Of a DNA stretch of 64,000 bases, positions 25,635-38,599 are shown one piece after another. The position numbers were made by a program, and so were the translations under genes. The stretch's first letter is position 1, and each line of letters starts with the position of its first letter. Source of the DNA: Takakia lepidozioides. Lineage: Eukaryota > Plantae > Bryophyta. The stretch is from the NCBI GenBank assembly GCA_030704615.1, contig CM060732.1:14756001-14820000 (forward strand), read 5' to 3'. The notes beneath the pieces were generated by a model. The model had not been told where the DNA came from. It made no database searches and saw only the letters and a list, made by a program, of their open reading frames with translations.

Positions 25635-27885
25635 AAAGCTGGTTGGTATCCGAGATAAAGAAGAACACTGGCAAGATCCGGTTTACCAGCTTCCATAGGA
25701 AGCCTGATACCTTGGAAGGTCTATCCTTTCGCCACACATCTTTCCAAACGGTGGACCAGTTCGCAAGCAAGGTGGGCAGATGCAACCATTTCGAACTCCA
25801 CTTAGCGCTGAATATCATAGGGGGTCTGAGAAGGTTATATCCTAGCTTCACCGTATACCCAAAAAGGCTTGTGATCAGAGGATGTCCAGGCCATTCAGCA
25901 GGATCAAATTGCAAGAGCTGAGGGGTGCTAAGAGAAACCAAGTAAATGAATTATCATAATGCGCTATGTTGACAAGGGGAAATGGGTTACAGGCCCAGTG
26001 ACTGAACTGAAAACACGGATTGCAACCATATCAGATTCATTTACAGCTGCTGGGTGAGGGCAAATAAAAACACCATCAAGGGAGACATGAAACCTCAACC
26101 CGTGCAGGGTAGGGCCATCGCGCAAAGTGACATAAAGGGCGAAGTACGCAGATGGCATGGCTGACGAGGCCTGATCCTGATCCCTACCTCCCATCCATAC
26201 GGGCAAAGATCGTAAGGTAGAAGGCAGCGAGCAAACATTGGTCCAACGAATAGGAATCTGATTGATAATAAGATCCCAGGCTGCAGCTCTGCGAGAGCAT
26301 AAGAATGGCAAAATGGTATCCTTAGAGCGAAGGCCCTTTCATCCTAGATGTGAGAGAGTTAAGATTTCCAAAGAGGGGTTGGCGGTCCAGGACCTCTTCT
26401 ATAGTAGAAGGAGTTGTTTGAAACAGTAAGGGGCGTAACCTCAGCCAGGCAGACCAAATTGACTGCCACGCCCTAGATCCCGAGGGCGAGGCTCTTGTGG
26501 ATCTCACACCCTACACTATCCAACGGAGAGACTGCACGGCCATGGGCCAGTGAAGGGGGATGCATCCATGACATGGTTTCTGACTAGCATACTCCAAGGT
26601 GAAGACAAATTAGTGAGCATCCTTGGAACCCACTTGGCTAGCAATGAGAGGATCTGGGACTGAGGGTCAATGATCCCCAGTCCTCCATTTATCTTTTTCT
26701 GCGAGATCTGCGCCCAACTAGCCAACGCCCTCCTCTTTGGGGAAGCAGGGGTGGCTCCACAGATGAAATTCCTGGTGAGCACCTTAAGTTGACCAACTAT
26801 CTGCGAGCCCGGGTGCCAAACTGAGGCGGAAAATCAGGAAGAAGCCAAGACTACTTGATTGGCAATGAGGGCTCTTCCTACGATGGAGAGGGAAAGCGAG
26901 CTCCAATAGCTTAGCTGCTTTTTACCAATGCGCACAACACCTTCACAACGTTGTTCATCAGAGAGCCCATGACCGATAAGGTGCCCCAAAAGAGTATGGG
27001 CCTGCCCCTCTTGAAGCCAGATAAGGCCCAGATTGTCCCCCTAGGGATCACAGTGAGAACATGACGCTTGCAATCTGATCTTGGATAAAATTGTGACTGC
27101 CTCTCTCCAGTTGACCTTTAGGCCAGATGCAGAACAAAAACAATTGAGGTCCTGGATGCCGGCTCTTACATTGGAAGATAGGGAGTTATCAATGAGAAGC
27201 ACTGTGTCATTTGCGTACATAGACGATTTGCCACTAGCAGGAGGAGAAAGGGAGCGGGGTATCTTCAACCCTTGAATGTCCAGGTTATTGTGGAGCAGCT
27301 GGCCAAGTGCATCTGCCGCCAGTAAAAATTAAAAGGGAGCCAAGAGACACCCCTGCCTCACCGATCTATGCAGTGGGAAGGAGGTAGAGAGAACACCATT
27401 GACCAATACCTTGCTTGATCCCGAGGATAGCAGAATGTGAACCCATGAGAGGAAGGCCTTGCAAAGCCTAGCTTAGCCATGACCCCCAGCAGGAAGGACC
27501 AATCTACATTATCAAACGCTTTTTTGAAATCAAGCATGATCAGGGCTAGGGGTTGATCATCCACATAGGCATGGTTCAATTCCTCAATCGCAAGCAGAAT
27601 ATTGTCAAGGATTAGCCTGTTTTTCATGAAGCTTGTTTGCTCTCGTCGTACAAGTCTTTCGAGATAGGGCTGAAGCCTCATTGCCAAGGCTTTAGCAATA
27701 ATCTTATAAGACGAGTTTAGCAAGGTTATTGGCCTGTAATTGGTAATCAAATCTTTGTCCCCTTTCTTAAAAATGAGAGCAATGACACCTTGGGACATCT
27801 GCGAGGGCATGATACCCTTGGCTAAGATGTCATTGGCCATAAGAAGAAAATCACCCCCCCCCCCCCCCCCCCAGTGCTCCCACAA
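25635..27885 (-). mobile_element. Second, inverted copy of the same LINE (RT to zf-RVT start)
   Basis: 26169-27885 is a near-identical reverse complement of 23835-25605; continues into RPSKVSGFLWKLVNRILPV; catalytic motif mutated to YANDT. Confidence 0.95.
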
Positions 27886-28248
27886 AAGCGGGGGTGAATT
27901 GGTCCTTGCAAGGGGAAAAGATGACATCCTACTTCTTCCTAAAAACAATACAGAGAAGGGCAGCTACATCCATTTCTTCCCTACGTGATAGGATGAATGT
28001 TCCTCAAAATAATCCTAAGCTCATGGCTTCCATAGCTGCAGATTATTTTGCTGAACTTTTTTCCCCTCCTCCTGTTCATGTGTCATCTACCCCTAGTTTT
28101 GCCAAGGTGTTGGACTCTGTCCTCGTCATCCTTGATGATCAGGATAGAGAGGTGCTTTCGGCCTCTTTCACCGCCTTGGAACTATTAGAGGCCACGAAGG
28201 CTCTCGCTTCCTTGAAATCGCCGGGCTTAGATGGTCTCCCAATTGAAT
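27886..28248 (+). repeat. Duplicate of LINE segment 23459-23823
   Basis: Direct sequence match (VNWSLQGEKMTSYFF...SPGLDGLPIE). Confidence 0.95.
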
Positions 28249-28489
28249 CTATTTTTCTGATTTGTTTTCTTTTTGTAGTTTTGACGAGGGCTGGAAAATA
28301 AGTGTGCGTCAACACACACTTGTTTTGCACAACACACACACACACCCAAAAAGTATAATAATAATAATAATAATTTCCCTTTTCTTGTTTGGACGGGGGC
28401 TGGAAAACGAGTGTGCGTCAACAACTACTTGTTTTGCAGCACACACATACACACACACCCAAAAACAAAACTATATATATATATATATA

Positions 28490-28580
28490 AAACTTGGTTG
28501 GACCTGTCACCTTGCAATCCCTTCTCTCTGCCAAACGCGAGCTAGCTGAGCTAAGTGCAGTTAATGAAAAATATCTGAGA
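28490..28580 (+). repeat. Duplicate of LINE segment ~23364-23453
   Basis: AACTTGGTTGGACCTGTCACCTTGCAATCCC...TATCTGAGA match. Confidence 0.9.
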
Positions 28581-29397
28581 CTTGTTTAAAAGTCCATAAT
28601 TTCTAACCATTTGTTTTTTTGGTGATGAGACTTGGAATAGGGGAAATATACAGTTGAGCCTTCATAGCTTAGTCTTTTTTTACTATCAGCATTGCCATTT
28701 AGGAGTATGATAATTTACAACTAATCAAGGTCCCAAAAAAACAGTGTTGTGACAGCATTTTTGGTCCACCGTAGGCTGCAACTACCCAAACCTAATTTTG
28801 GCTCAACTTCGTTGTCTTAAACGCCAACAGTAACAAGATTAGACACCCTTGCAAGCTGATGTGTGATAGAGAAATAAGATAATCGGTGCAGCCAATGGGT
28901 GGGCTGACCACATGTCTATAGAGATTACCCATTATTTTATGATAAAAACATGGGGAGCTTAGGCTCTCGCCAGCGTAGCTACGGCGTGAGCCCAGCCCCG
29001 TGAGCCTGGGAGCTGAGCTCACGCTTCAGGGAAGCGTGAGCGGCACAAATCTGCTGGAGAAGCACGTCCTATAGGCAAGGATTGCAGGAAGAGGGCCTAT
29101 TACCGTGGACAAAACAAATGGGGCCACCATGCACCATGTCTGCAATGCCTGCACAAAAAGTGGAATATGAAAATATGGCAGATTTGAGCTCAGAATGATT
29201 GACACACTTTATTTCAATTCACAGATAGACGCTTACAATGAATGGCATATGCATTTGCCCTGGTTCCGTGAACGAAATGTATGTGTTTGTCCTAAATGCA
29301 AAGTTTTCACACGATAACCTAGAAACCAGCATGGGAAGCGTGCATGGCTCGTATGTGTTCAAAGAAAATCTGGCGGAGCCCTACGTGAGGTGTCCCG

Positions 29398-32300
29398 CTA
29401 CAGAAGGGTGATGACTTCTCCGTAGCCTAGTGTGGCTTGGTGAATGAATTGGTCTCTCTTACCGTCGCAACACATAATTACAAGGTATATGTAATATTGA
29501 TGCTTGCAGGGGACCCACTTCCCTCTCATGCCGAGAGCGCCCTCACGCATCGTTACAAAATCCGGACAAGTGCACGTAGGGAAATTCCCCACGGTAACCT
29601 GATATTCTTTGCCATGAAGAACTGAGCCAATAGACAGCACTGTGTAAATCCATCTATACCCCGGGGCAGGGACTTTGGTGATACGAGTCACCCGAGCCTG
29701 CAAAATTCTAGCCGATTTCCATCTTGCAGTCGTGATCTGCACCCGAAGCGACACGGCGCACTATTTTTCCATCTCTTTTTGTTGGGTGGGAGTCGGCACT
29801 GGGTGGAGGCATTGCCGGAGCATGTGGCACATCTGTGCCCACAGTGCATGAGGGCACCACCCGGGACTATGCAAGACGAAACCCTCCCTCCTCCAGCATG
29901 CTTATCTCGGATGACAGCGAGGTCCCGAGTTTCACAGGCCAAATTGCGGGGGGAGGGGGCTTCATTATCACCAAAGGATGAATTGTTCCCTTGATGCATC
30001 GTGCCATATCGTCTGGGTAGAACCAGAACTTGTGGTCCTTTGACTCCCCACTATGATAAGGTCGGAACAACCCTGTGAATGTTGGAGCTGGAGTCCCCCT
30101 GGAGCCTTTGCATATTTTTGATTTGCATTTCTTGAAAGAGGGGGTCCGAATTGCCATGCAAGCCACTCTAGATCCTGGTGGGTGCGTTCTATATGCCACT
30201 CACTGTCAATGCAATCAGATTCATGCACCAAGGACACCACCTCCTCCAATGGGATTCCTGCTGCTGTGCTTGCATGATCTGCACCTACTCCACTGGAAGA
30301 GGACCCACATGGGAAGGGGCGGGCACACGACTTAGTCTGCACAGGAGACACCTTTGGTACATAGAAATTGACCCTGTCCGGCCGATGGGAATCTCCATCC
30401 GAACCTGGAGGAGTGTTCAATTTCCTTTTGCATGATCCAAATCTTTCCTCGCATTCCAAATGGGGGACCCTGGATTGCAAAAGGGAGCCTTTAGTGCACC
30501 TGTTCAGAGCTCTGGCCATCTTTGATGGGTCTCCAGACCTATTCGCAGCCCTTCCTTAGCATCAACAAAGTCGTAGCAGGGCCCTTGCCTCCGCCCCATC
30601 CCATCAAAAAATTGCAGTACCTGGTTTGTTGTGTAAGTGCCCGCACCATGTCATTAGCAGTGGCCACATACAAGTCACGTCCTGCTTTGGTAGACTGCTG
30701 CATCCAGGCGTTGTGAACAGTCTCCGCCAAATTACAGGATGGCATGTCGGCCAAGTCCTCCAAGGACATGTCCTGCATGAGGCATTGCATGCAAATGTGA
30801 GGAACGAAAGGAAATGGAAGAGGTTCTGCAAGTGACAATCCAACAACCCCAAACGAATAGGCACGATGCAAAGTGAAATTTGTGTTTCTGGGATTGAAGA
30901 GGCTTACCGTCGTCATGAAAGCTCCCCACTGTCTATACCTGAAGTGCCAGAAAACCAACCAGTCCTCCAACTCCTTTAGGTGGATACCAGTAGCAGCACC
31001 AGATGAGAACCACCAAGCCTGGATTGCTTGGTAAGTGCGCTCTCAGCTTCTCCCATTGAGGTGGCATTTTTGTACTTGAGGCAGAGCCTTCTGTGCTCCA
31101 ACTGGAGGTCAGGGCGAATGCAGCGCTTTGTATGACGTGCCAGAGATTGACTCCAATGGAAGAGGCATGTGCGCTCCCTATTTTCCATTGGGACCTTAGG
31201 ATCCCCGGAACCAAACACACGCCGCACTGCATTGAAATTTGCCTGTGCACTATCAGCCATGAAGCCCGCAAATTTGTGTTCTGCATTCCATTGCGCTGCA
31301 TGACAGTCAGGAGCGAATTCCACATGAGCATCTGGGATTCAATGTCCTCCGACTGCATATCACAATTTGCTATGGAGAGCACACGCTGGTATGTTGGATC
31401 GTACACATGGCACGCCATGGTTGTCCAACCCTTCACCCGTTTGCAGTGATCAAACATTAACCAACATTTAGCCAAATCTCCTCTCCTCCAGGTTGCATTC
31501 GGCGGACTATGCTCACACCACTGCCTTCGCCCACTGTGGACATCTTGAACAAATACACCTTGGACGAGCCCTGGCCAGGGAAGATACTGTTTTGAATGAA
31601 TTCATAGCGACTCCTCCGTTTGAGGTCCATAATGTTGTCCATGAATCCAGCATTGCCTGTGCCCATTCTAAGTGCATTCACCTGGTTTCGAATATTGGGA
31701 GAGCTCAATACAGAGAAATGGTCCATCATTGCATCAAGCGAATCTGCATCCAGCATTGGTTGTGTCGCATCCCCTTCACCCAGTATGTGTTTTCCAGGAA
31801 TGTCTTGCTAGCTGCAAGCGCTATAGCAGAAGGTGTTGCACAAGGGGCATTGTGGAACTCCTGCTTCAGCAGATTTCTAGCGATGTCCACGCTATCCCTG
31901 CAACTTCCTTTTGACACAGGATGCTCGTGTGTACCCATATGAATGCAGGCACGAGTCATTGTCTTGCATCGGTGTGCCACATACGAGTGTGGCACACAAA
32001 AACACAGGACGGGGAAAGTTTGCAGAACCTACACACAAAAGTATTGGTCTTGGGAGGGGCAATCCCTGGGGTGAAAGGATTCAGGGGCACACCTTCTCAC
32101 TCACTTTCGTTTGGTTTAGCGTTGTTTTTTAGGCAAGGGTAAGAAATATTCACGCACTTGCAATGCCCAACGCAAACCGATCTTCAAAATTTCAATCCAA
32201 TGTTGTTGTGGATGTTCGATGTTTTTGTCCTGCACCAAGGGTGCCCGTCATGTTTCTTGTCCATGCCCTGCAGAAGCCTAGCTAGTCCACTGGAAGACAT

Positions 32301-32880
32301 GGGAGGGTTGAGCTCAAACAAGATGTCCCCATCAAACTCTGCTGGCACATATTGAACCCGTTGCACCCGAAGGGACTCCCAATCAACAAAACGCAGCTCG
32401 CTCTTGCACCCAGGCACCCCCGCGAGGGCTTTCAATTTCGGAATGACACTTGTTATCTCCTGCAATTCATCATCATCCAAGAATGGAGTCTGCACTGGCG
32501 GAGGAATCTCAGAAACATCCTCCAAGGAGGAGTCTGAAAGAGTCACGAATGTGGTGGATGTGCTCACCTCTTGTTTCACATGAGCAAGGCCCTTCTGCTG
32601 CACAACCGATGCTGCAGTGCCAGGGGTGAGTACTGATCCTGCTGATTGTCTTTTCTCTTTTCCAAGGACGCGGTATGTGCCTGGAAGGACTCTCCACTTC
32701 CTTCCACACTCGTGCCCAGAATACTGTTCTTCTCTCCAAGTGCCCAGAATCCAAATTCCCATTGGAAGAGCCGGATTCTGGAGAAGAACAGTAGCCCGCC
32801 ATACTTCCGAGAACAGGTGAGGAGGAGACTGCATCCAAGGGAGAGTTGGACGCCAAAGATGATGTTGATGCTGGACTCAC
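29398..32880 (-). mobile_element. Mutator-like (MULE) transposase pseudogene #1: WRKY/GCM-like Zn finger, DDE, Cys-rich domain, SWIM
   Basis: DGHPWCRTKT..C..C..HMGTHEHP; WLMFDHCKR, FMADS, CLFH, CNLAETVH; CTCPDF...PCKHQYY; GT-AG intron 30907-30773; several frameshifts. Confidence 0.85.
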
Positions 32881-33019
32881 GAAGAAGAATTTAGTGGAAA
32901 AGACGATGGGGGAGATGCTTCAGAACATGCTCGGCGTAGAGAGCAGTCCGAAGCGCAAAGAGTCTCCGGCGATTGGGGAGTCTTCTAGAGAAGCTAAAAA
33001 AAAGGTACAAGTCACCGAT

Positions 33020-36000
33020 TTGGAAGCTCAAACAGAGTGCGGCAACGCACACTGTTTGAGACCCTGTCTTTGTGCTTCATTTTTTATGTGAAAATCGGTC
33101 AAGCTGGGCCTGTTTTTCTGGTTCAATCCACCACTGATTGGAATCTCAAATAGTGTACGGCAACGCACACAATTTGAGACCCCATTTGTGCTTCTCTTTT
33201 GATACGAAAATCGGCCACAAACGAGCTTGTCTGTCTGGTTCAATCCACCACTATTTGGAAGCTAAAATAGTGTGCGGAAACGCACACTGTTTGAGCCCCT
33301 TTTTTGATTTGAAATTCGGGCACATAGGACCACTCTGGCAGGTTGAATCCACCACGATTTGGAAGCTCAAACAATGTGCGGCAACGCACACTGTTATGAG
33401 CCCCCTCTCTGCTTGTTTTTTGATATGAAATCGGGCCCCTAGGGCCACTCTGAAAGGTTGAATCCACCCCAAACTGGAAGCCCAAATAGTGTGCAGCAAC
33501 GCACACTATTTTGAACCCAGTCTCTGCTTTGTTTCTTATGTGAAAATCGGGCCCCTGTGGCCACTCGTTGAATCCACCCCGAATGGGAAGCTCAAACAGT
33601 GTGCGGCAACGCACACTGTTTGAGCCCCCTTACTTGTTTGTTTTTAGATGTGAAAATCGGGCACCTAGAGCCACTCTGGCAGGTTGAATCCACTCCGCAA
33701 ACAATGTGCAGCAACGCACACTGTTTTGAGCCCCCTCTCTGCTTGTTTTTTGATGTGAAAATTGAGCCCCTAAGGCTACTCTAGCAGGTTGAATCCACCC
33801 CGAATTGTAACCTCAAACAGTGTGCGGCAACGCACACTGCCAGTGTGGCCCTATGTGCCCGATTTTCACATAAAAAAACAAGGAAAAAACGGGGCTCAAA
33901 CAGTGTGCGTTGGCGCACTCTGTTTGAGCTTTCAATAATGGGTGGATTCAACCTGTCAGAGTGGCCCTATGTGCCCAATTTTCACATCAAAAAACAAGCA
34001 AGTAAGGGGGCTCAAATTGAAACCACCCCTTATTGGAAGGTCAAACAGCGTGCGCCAACGCACACAATTTGAGCCCCCCTTTGTGATTCCTTTTTGTTGT
34101 GAAAATAGGCCACATAGGGCCACTCTGGCAGGTTGAATCCAACCCTTATTGGAAGCTCAAACAGTGTACGGCAACGAACACTGTTTTGAGCCCCGTGTAT
34201 GCTTGTTTTTTGATGTCAAAATCGGGCCCCTAAAGCAACTCTGGCAGGTTGCAACCACCCCTTATTGGAAACTCAAACAGTGTGCGCCAACGCACACTGT
34301 TTGAGCCCCCCTTTGTGATTCATTTTTGTTGTGAAAATAGGCCACATACGGCCACTCTGGCAGGTTGAATCCTTATTGGAAGCTCAAACTGTGTGCGGCA
34401 ACGCACACTGTTTTGAGCCCCGTCCATGCTTGTTTTTGATGTGAAAATCGGGCCCCTAAGGCTACTCTGGCAGGTTGAATCCACCCTTTATTGGAAGCTC
34501 AAACAGTGTGCGGCAACGCACACTGTTTGAGCCACGTTTTTAGCTTGTTTTTTGATATGAAAATTGGGCACATAGGGCCACTCTGGCAAGTTGAATCCAC
34601 CCCTTATTGGAAGCTCAAACATTGTGCACGAACGCACACTGTTTGAGCCCCCCTTAGTGATTCATTTTTGTTGTGAGAATAGGCCACATAGGGCCAATCC
34701 GCCAGGTTCAATCCAACCCTTATGGAAAGCTCAAACAGTGTGCGGCAACGCACACTGTTTGAGCCACGATTTTAGCTTGTTTTTTGATGTGAAAATCGGC
34801 CACATAGGGCCACTCTGGCAGGTTGAATCCACCCCTTATTGGAAGCTCAGACAGTGTGCGGCAACGCACACTGTTTGAGCCATGTTTTTAGCTTGTTTCT
34901 TGATGTGAAAATCGGGCACATAGGGCCACTCTGGCATGTTGAATCCACCCCTTATTGGAAGCTTAAACAGTGTGTGCCAACGCACACTGTTTGAGCCCCC
35001 CTTTGTGATTCATTTTTTATTTGAAAATAGGCCACATAGGGCCACTCTGGCAGGTTGAATCCAACCCCTATTGGAAGCTCAAACAGTGTGCGGCAACTTA
35101 CACTATTTTGAGCCCCGTCTATGCCTATTTTTTGATGTAAAATTCGGACCCCTAAGGCTACTCTCGCAGGTTGAATTCACCTCTTATTGGAAGCTCAAAC
35201 AGTGTGCGGCAATGCACACTGTTTGAGCCACATTTTTAGCTTGTTTTGTGATATGAAAATCGGGCACATAGGGCCTCTAGGCAGGTTGAAACCACCCCTT
35301 ATTGGAAGCTCAAACAGTGTTCGCCAACGAACTCTGTTTGAGCCCCCCTTAGTGATTCGTTTTTGTTGTGAGAATAGGCCATATAAGGCCACTCTGGCAG
35401 GTTGAATCCAACCCTTATTGGAAGCTCAGACAGTGTGCGGCAAAGCACACTGTTTTGAGCCCCGACTATGCTTGTTTTTTGATGTGAAAATTGGGCCCCT
35501 AAGGCTACTCTCGTAGGTTGAATCCACCCCTTATTGGAAGCTCAAACACTGTGCAGCAACGCACACTGTTTGAGCCACGATTTTAGCTTGTTTTTTGATG
35601 TGAAAATCGGGCACATAGGGCCCAGTCTGGCAGATTGAATCCACGCCCTATTGGAAGCTTAGACAGTGTGCGGCAACGCACACTGTTTGAGCCATGTTTT
35701 TAGCTTGTTTTTTGATGTGAAAATCGGGCACATAGGGCCACTCTGACAAGTTGAATCCACCCCTTATTGGAAGCTGAAACAGTGTGCGCCAACGCACACT
35801 GTTTGAGGCCCCCCTTTGTGATTCATTTTTAATGTGAAAATAGGCCACATAGGGCCACTCTGGCAGGTTGAATCCAACCCCTATTGGAAGCTCAAACAGT
35901 GTGCGGCAACGCACACTTTTTTGAGCCCCGTCTATGCTTGTTTTTTGATGTGAAATTCGGACCCCTAAGGCTACTCTGGCAGGTTGAATCCACCTCTTAT

Positions 36001-36625
36001 TGGAAGCTCAAAGAGTGTGCGGCAACGAACACTATTTGAGCCACGGTTTTAGCTTGTTTTTTGATGTGAAAATCGGGCACATAGGGCCACTCTGGCAGGT
36101 TGAATCCACCCCTTATTGGAAGCTCAAACAGTGTGCGCCAACGCACACTGTTTGAGCCCCCCTTTGTGATTCATTTTTGTTGTGAGTATAGGCCACATAG
36201 GGCCACTCTGGCAGGTTGAATTCAACCCTTTTTGGAAGCTCAAACAATGTGCGTTGCCGCACACTGCTTTGAGCCCCGTCTATGCTTGTTTTTTGATGTG
36301 TAAATCGGGCCCCAAAGGCTACTCTGGCAGGTTGAATCCACCCCTTATTGGAAGCTCAAAACAGTGTGCGGCATCGCAAACTGTTTGAGCCACGATTTTA
36401 GCTTGTTTTTTGATGTGAAAATCGGGCACATAGGGCCCACTCTGGTAGATTGAATCCACGCCCTATTGGAAGCTGAGACAGTGTGCGGCAATGCACACTG
36501 TTTGAGCCACATTTTTAGCTTGTTTTTTGATGTGAAAATCGGGCACATAGGGCCACTCTGGCTGGTTCAAACCACCCCTTATTGGAAGCTCAAACAGTGT
36601 TCGCCAACGAACTCTGTTTGAGCCC
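33020..36625. repeat. Tandem array of ~32 x ~116-bp units, each containing hairpin GCTCAAACAGTGTGCG-(G/C)CAA-CGCACACTGTTTGAGC; 7-unit higher-order repeat
   Basis: Hairpins counted from ~33026 to ~36587 at ~116-bp spacing; three unit variants; one inverted block 33843-34016. Confidence 0.97.
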
Positions 36626-37029
36626 AGAAGAAAAACAACAAGGGAAATGCAAGGAGCCCGTGGGCCATCTCATTATTATTCATAGAGGCGCAGGGCCAAG
36701 AATCAAACGTAGCCTAGACAACTTCTGCCATCCTTCAGGGTCATACTCATAGACAGGCACTAAACAGAAGTACCAGTTCAAACAAAATAACTATATCACA
36801 AATCCAAAGGTAATGGTCTGCCTCGAGGCCCCTGCCCTGTCACCTTCCACTTGTGCTGTGCACTCACCCAGTGCCAATCTCTATGCCCAAAACCCAAACA
36901 AACAACTCGCTGCAACAATTCCAACAGCCTGTGCAACGGCTGGTATCCGTGTGATCTCTTTAGACCTTTATGCCTTTGAATTGATACGGGCTGTTGGATT
37001 TATACGGGGATATTTAGCACGTGCCTTTA

Positions 37030-38520
37030 GAGAGTAGTGTTTGTGCCATGTTTGGGTATAGAGATTGGCAATAGATGATTGCACAACACAAGTGGGGGGT
37101 GCCTGGACAGGGTTCTTATGTAACACCAGTCCAATTAGATTTTTGCTATTAATATTTTGGTTGCACCACTTCAGCTGCATAATGCATGTTTGTGTTTGTG
37201 ATCTCAGGTCCTGGAGTTGGAGGTCAATGATAATTGCAGATGTGTTTGATAAGCCGCTGTAGCATTGGCTACTCCACATAGAACTTTGAGTGCCCCATCC
37301 CTGTCCTTCAACACAGGATGTTAGCTTTATTTCTTTGTTAGAGTGGATTGACTTGTTCAAGCAATTGCCCAAGAATTGCCTATCCCAGATTACTGCCACT
37401 TTGCTATGCTGGGCTCTTATGCTATGTCCGAGGAGCTTGACGAATTTTCGTGCATAGTGGTTACTCCATAGCTTTAGGGTAAGGGCAAGGTCCTTGAGGC
37501 GTATCCTTCCTTTTGGGTCTATGATATAGGATTTTTGTTCGAACAAGTTCAGCTGCTTATAAATGTATGCCTGTGAGAATGGCACCGAGGGTTGGCAGAG
37601 ACTGTCCAGGCAATGTTTGATCCTTGATCCTACGCCTCTTTGAGTAATACTGATATGGCCCAGAAGCCCCTGGCATTTCTTTGTTTGTTTATCATTTGCT
37701 GGCAACTGGTAACTGTGTGGACTCTCTAGACATTTGTGCTGTTGAGTTGGTACAAGTTGTTGGAATATGTGTGTAGAGTTGTTTAACACATGTCGTCAGA
37801 GTGGGGTAGTGTTTGTGGGATGTTTGGGTATCGAGGAAGGTAATGGATGAGTCCGTAGCAGAGGTGGGCAGTGCCTGGGCATGGTCATTGGGGGACACCG
37901 TTCCAATTAGATCTTTGATACTAGTGTTTTGATTGAGCCCGTCCGGCTGCATAGTGCATGGTTGTGATTGTGATCTGTTGTCCAGGCTTTGGAAGTCAAT
38001 GAGAGGAGCAAATGTGCTTGACATGTAGCTGCAGCATTGGTTACACCATAGAGAGCTTTGAGTGACACATATCTGTCTTTCAGCACAGGATGTTAGCGAA
38101 ATTTCTGGGTTAGGGTGGGTTGACTTATCTGGGCAAGTATCCAAGAATTGCCTATCCAAGATTACTGCCGCTTTGAGTTTTTGATCACAACAGTGAGGGG
38201 CACTTGGGGGCTTTGATTTTGTTTGGATAAAATTTGTCTTCGGCAGGGGTAGTGTTTGTGGAGTGGTTGGGTATAGAGGGTTGCAATGGATGAGTCCCCA
38301 ACAACGGTGAGAGGTGCCTGGGCATGGACCTTGTGGATCACCCTTCCATTTAGATCTTTGATATTAGTTCGATTGAGCCAGTTCAACTGCATAGTGCATG
38401 ATTGTGGTTGTGGGCTGTGGGAGTCAATTAGAAGAGCGGGTACGCATGATATGAGGCTGTAGCAGTCGAGGACTTTGAGTGGCACATATGCGGATGGGAA
38501 GTGCCTGGACAGGGTCCTTG
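37030..38520 (-). repeat. Three diverged copies of a ~250-370-bp module with open minus-strand frames
   Basis: Copies ~37030-37405, ~37803-38178, ~38246-38440; translations share DRQFL..SCxE..TQSS.W..ID..Q.C.MQ..N.N..K.L.G..QA..SSI..L.TQ..HKHY. Confidence 0.75.
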
Positions 38521-38599
38521 TGGGACACCATTCCAATTGTGCCTTTGAAGTTAATATTTTGTTGAGCCAGTTTAGTTCAGTATTTTGGTTGAGCCAGTG

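Noticed and set aside
33020-36625. CRISPR array (36-bp palindromic repeats at regular spacing)
   Set aside because: Spacers (~80 bp) are homologous to each other and fall into three variants; no cas genes; eukaryotic TE context.
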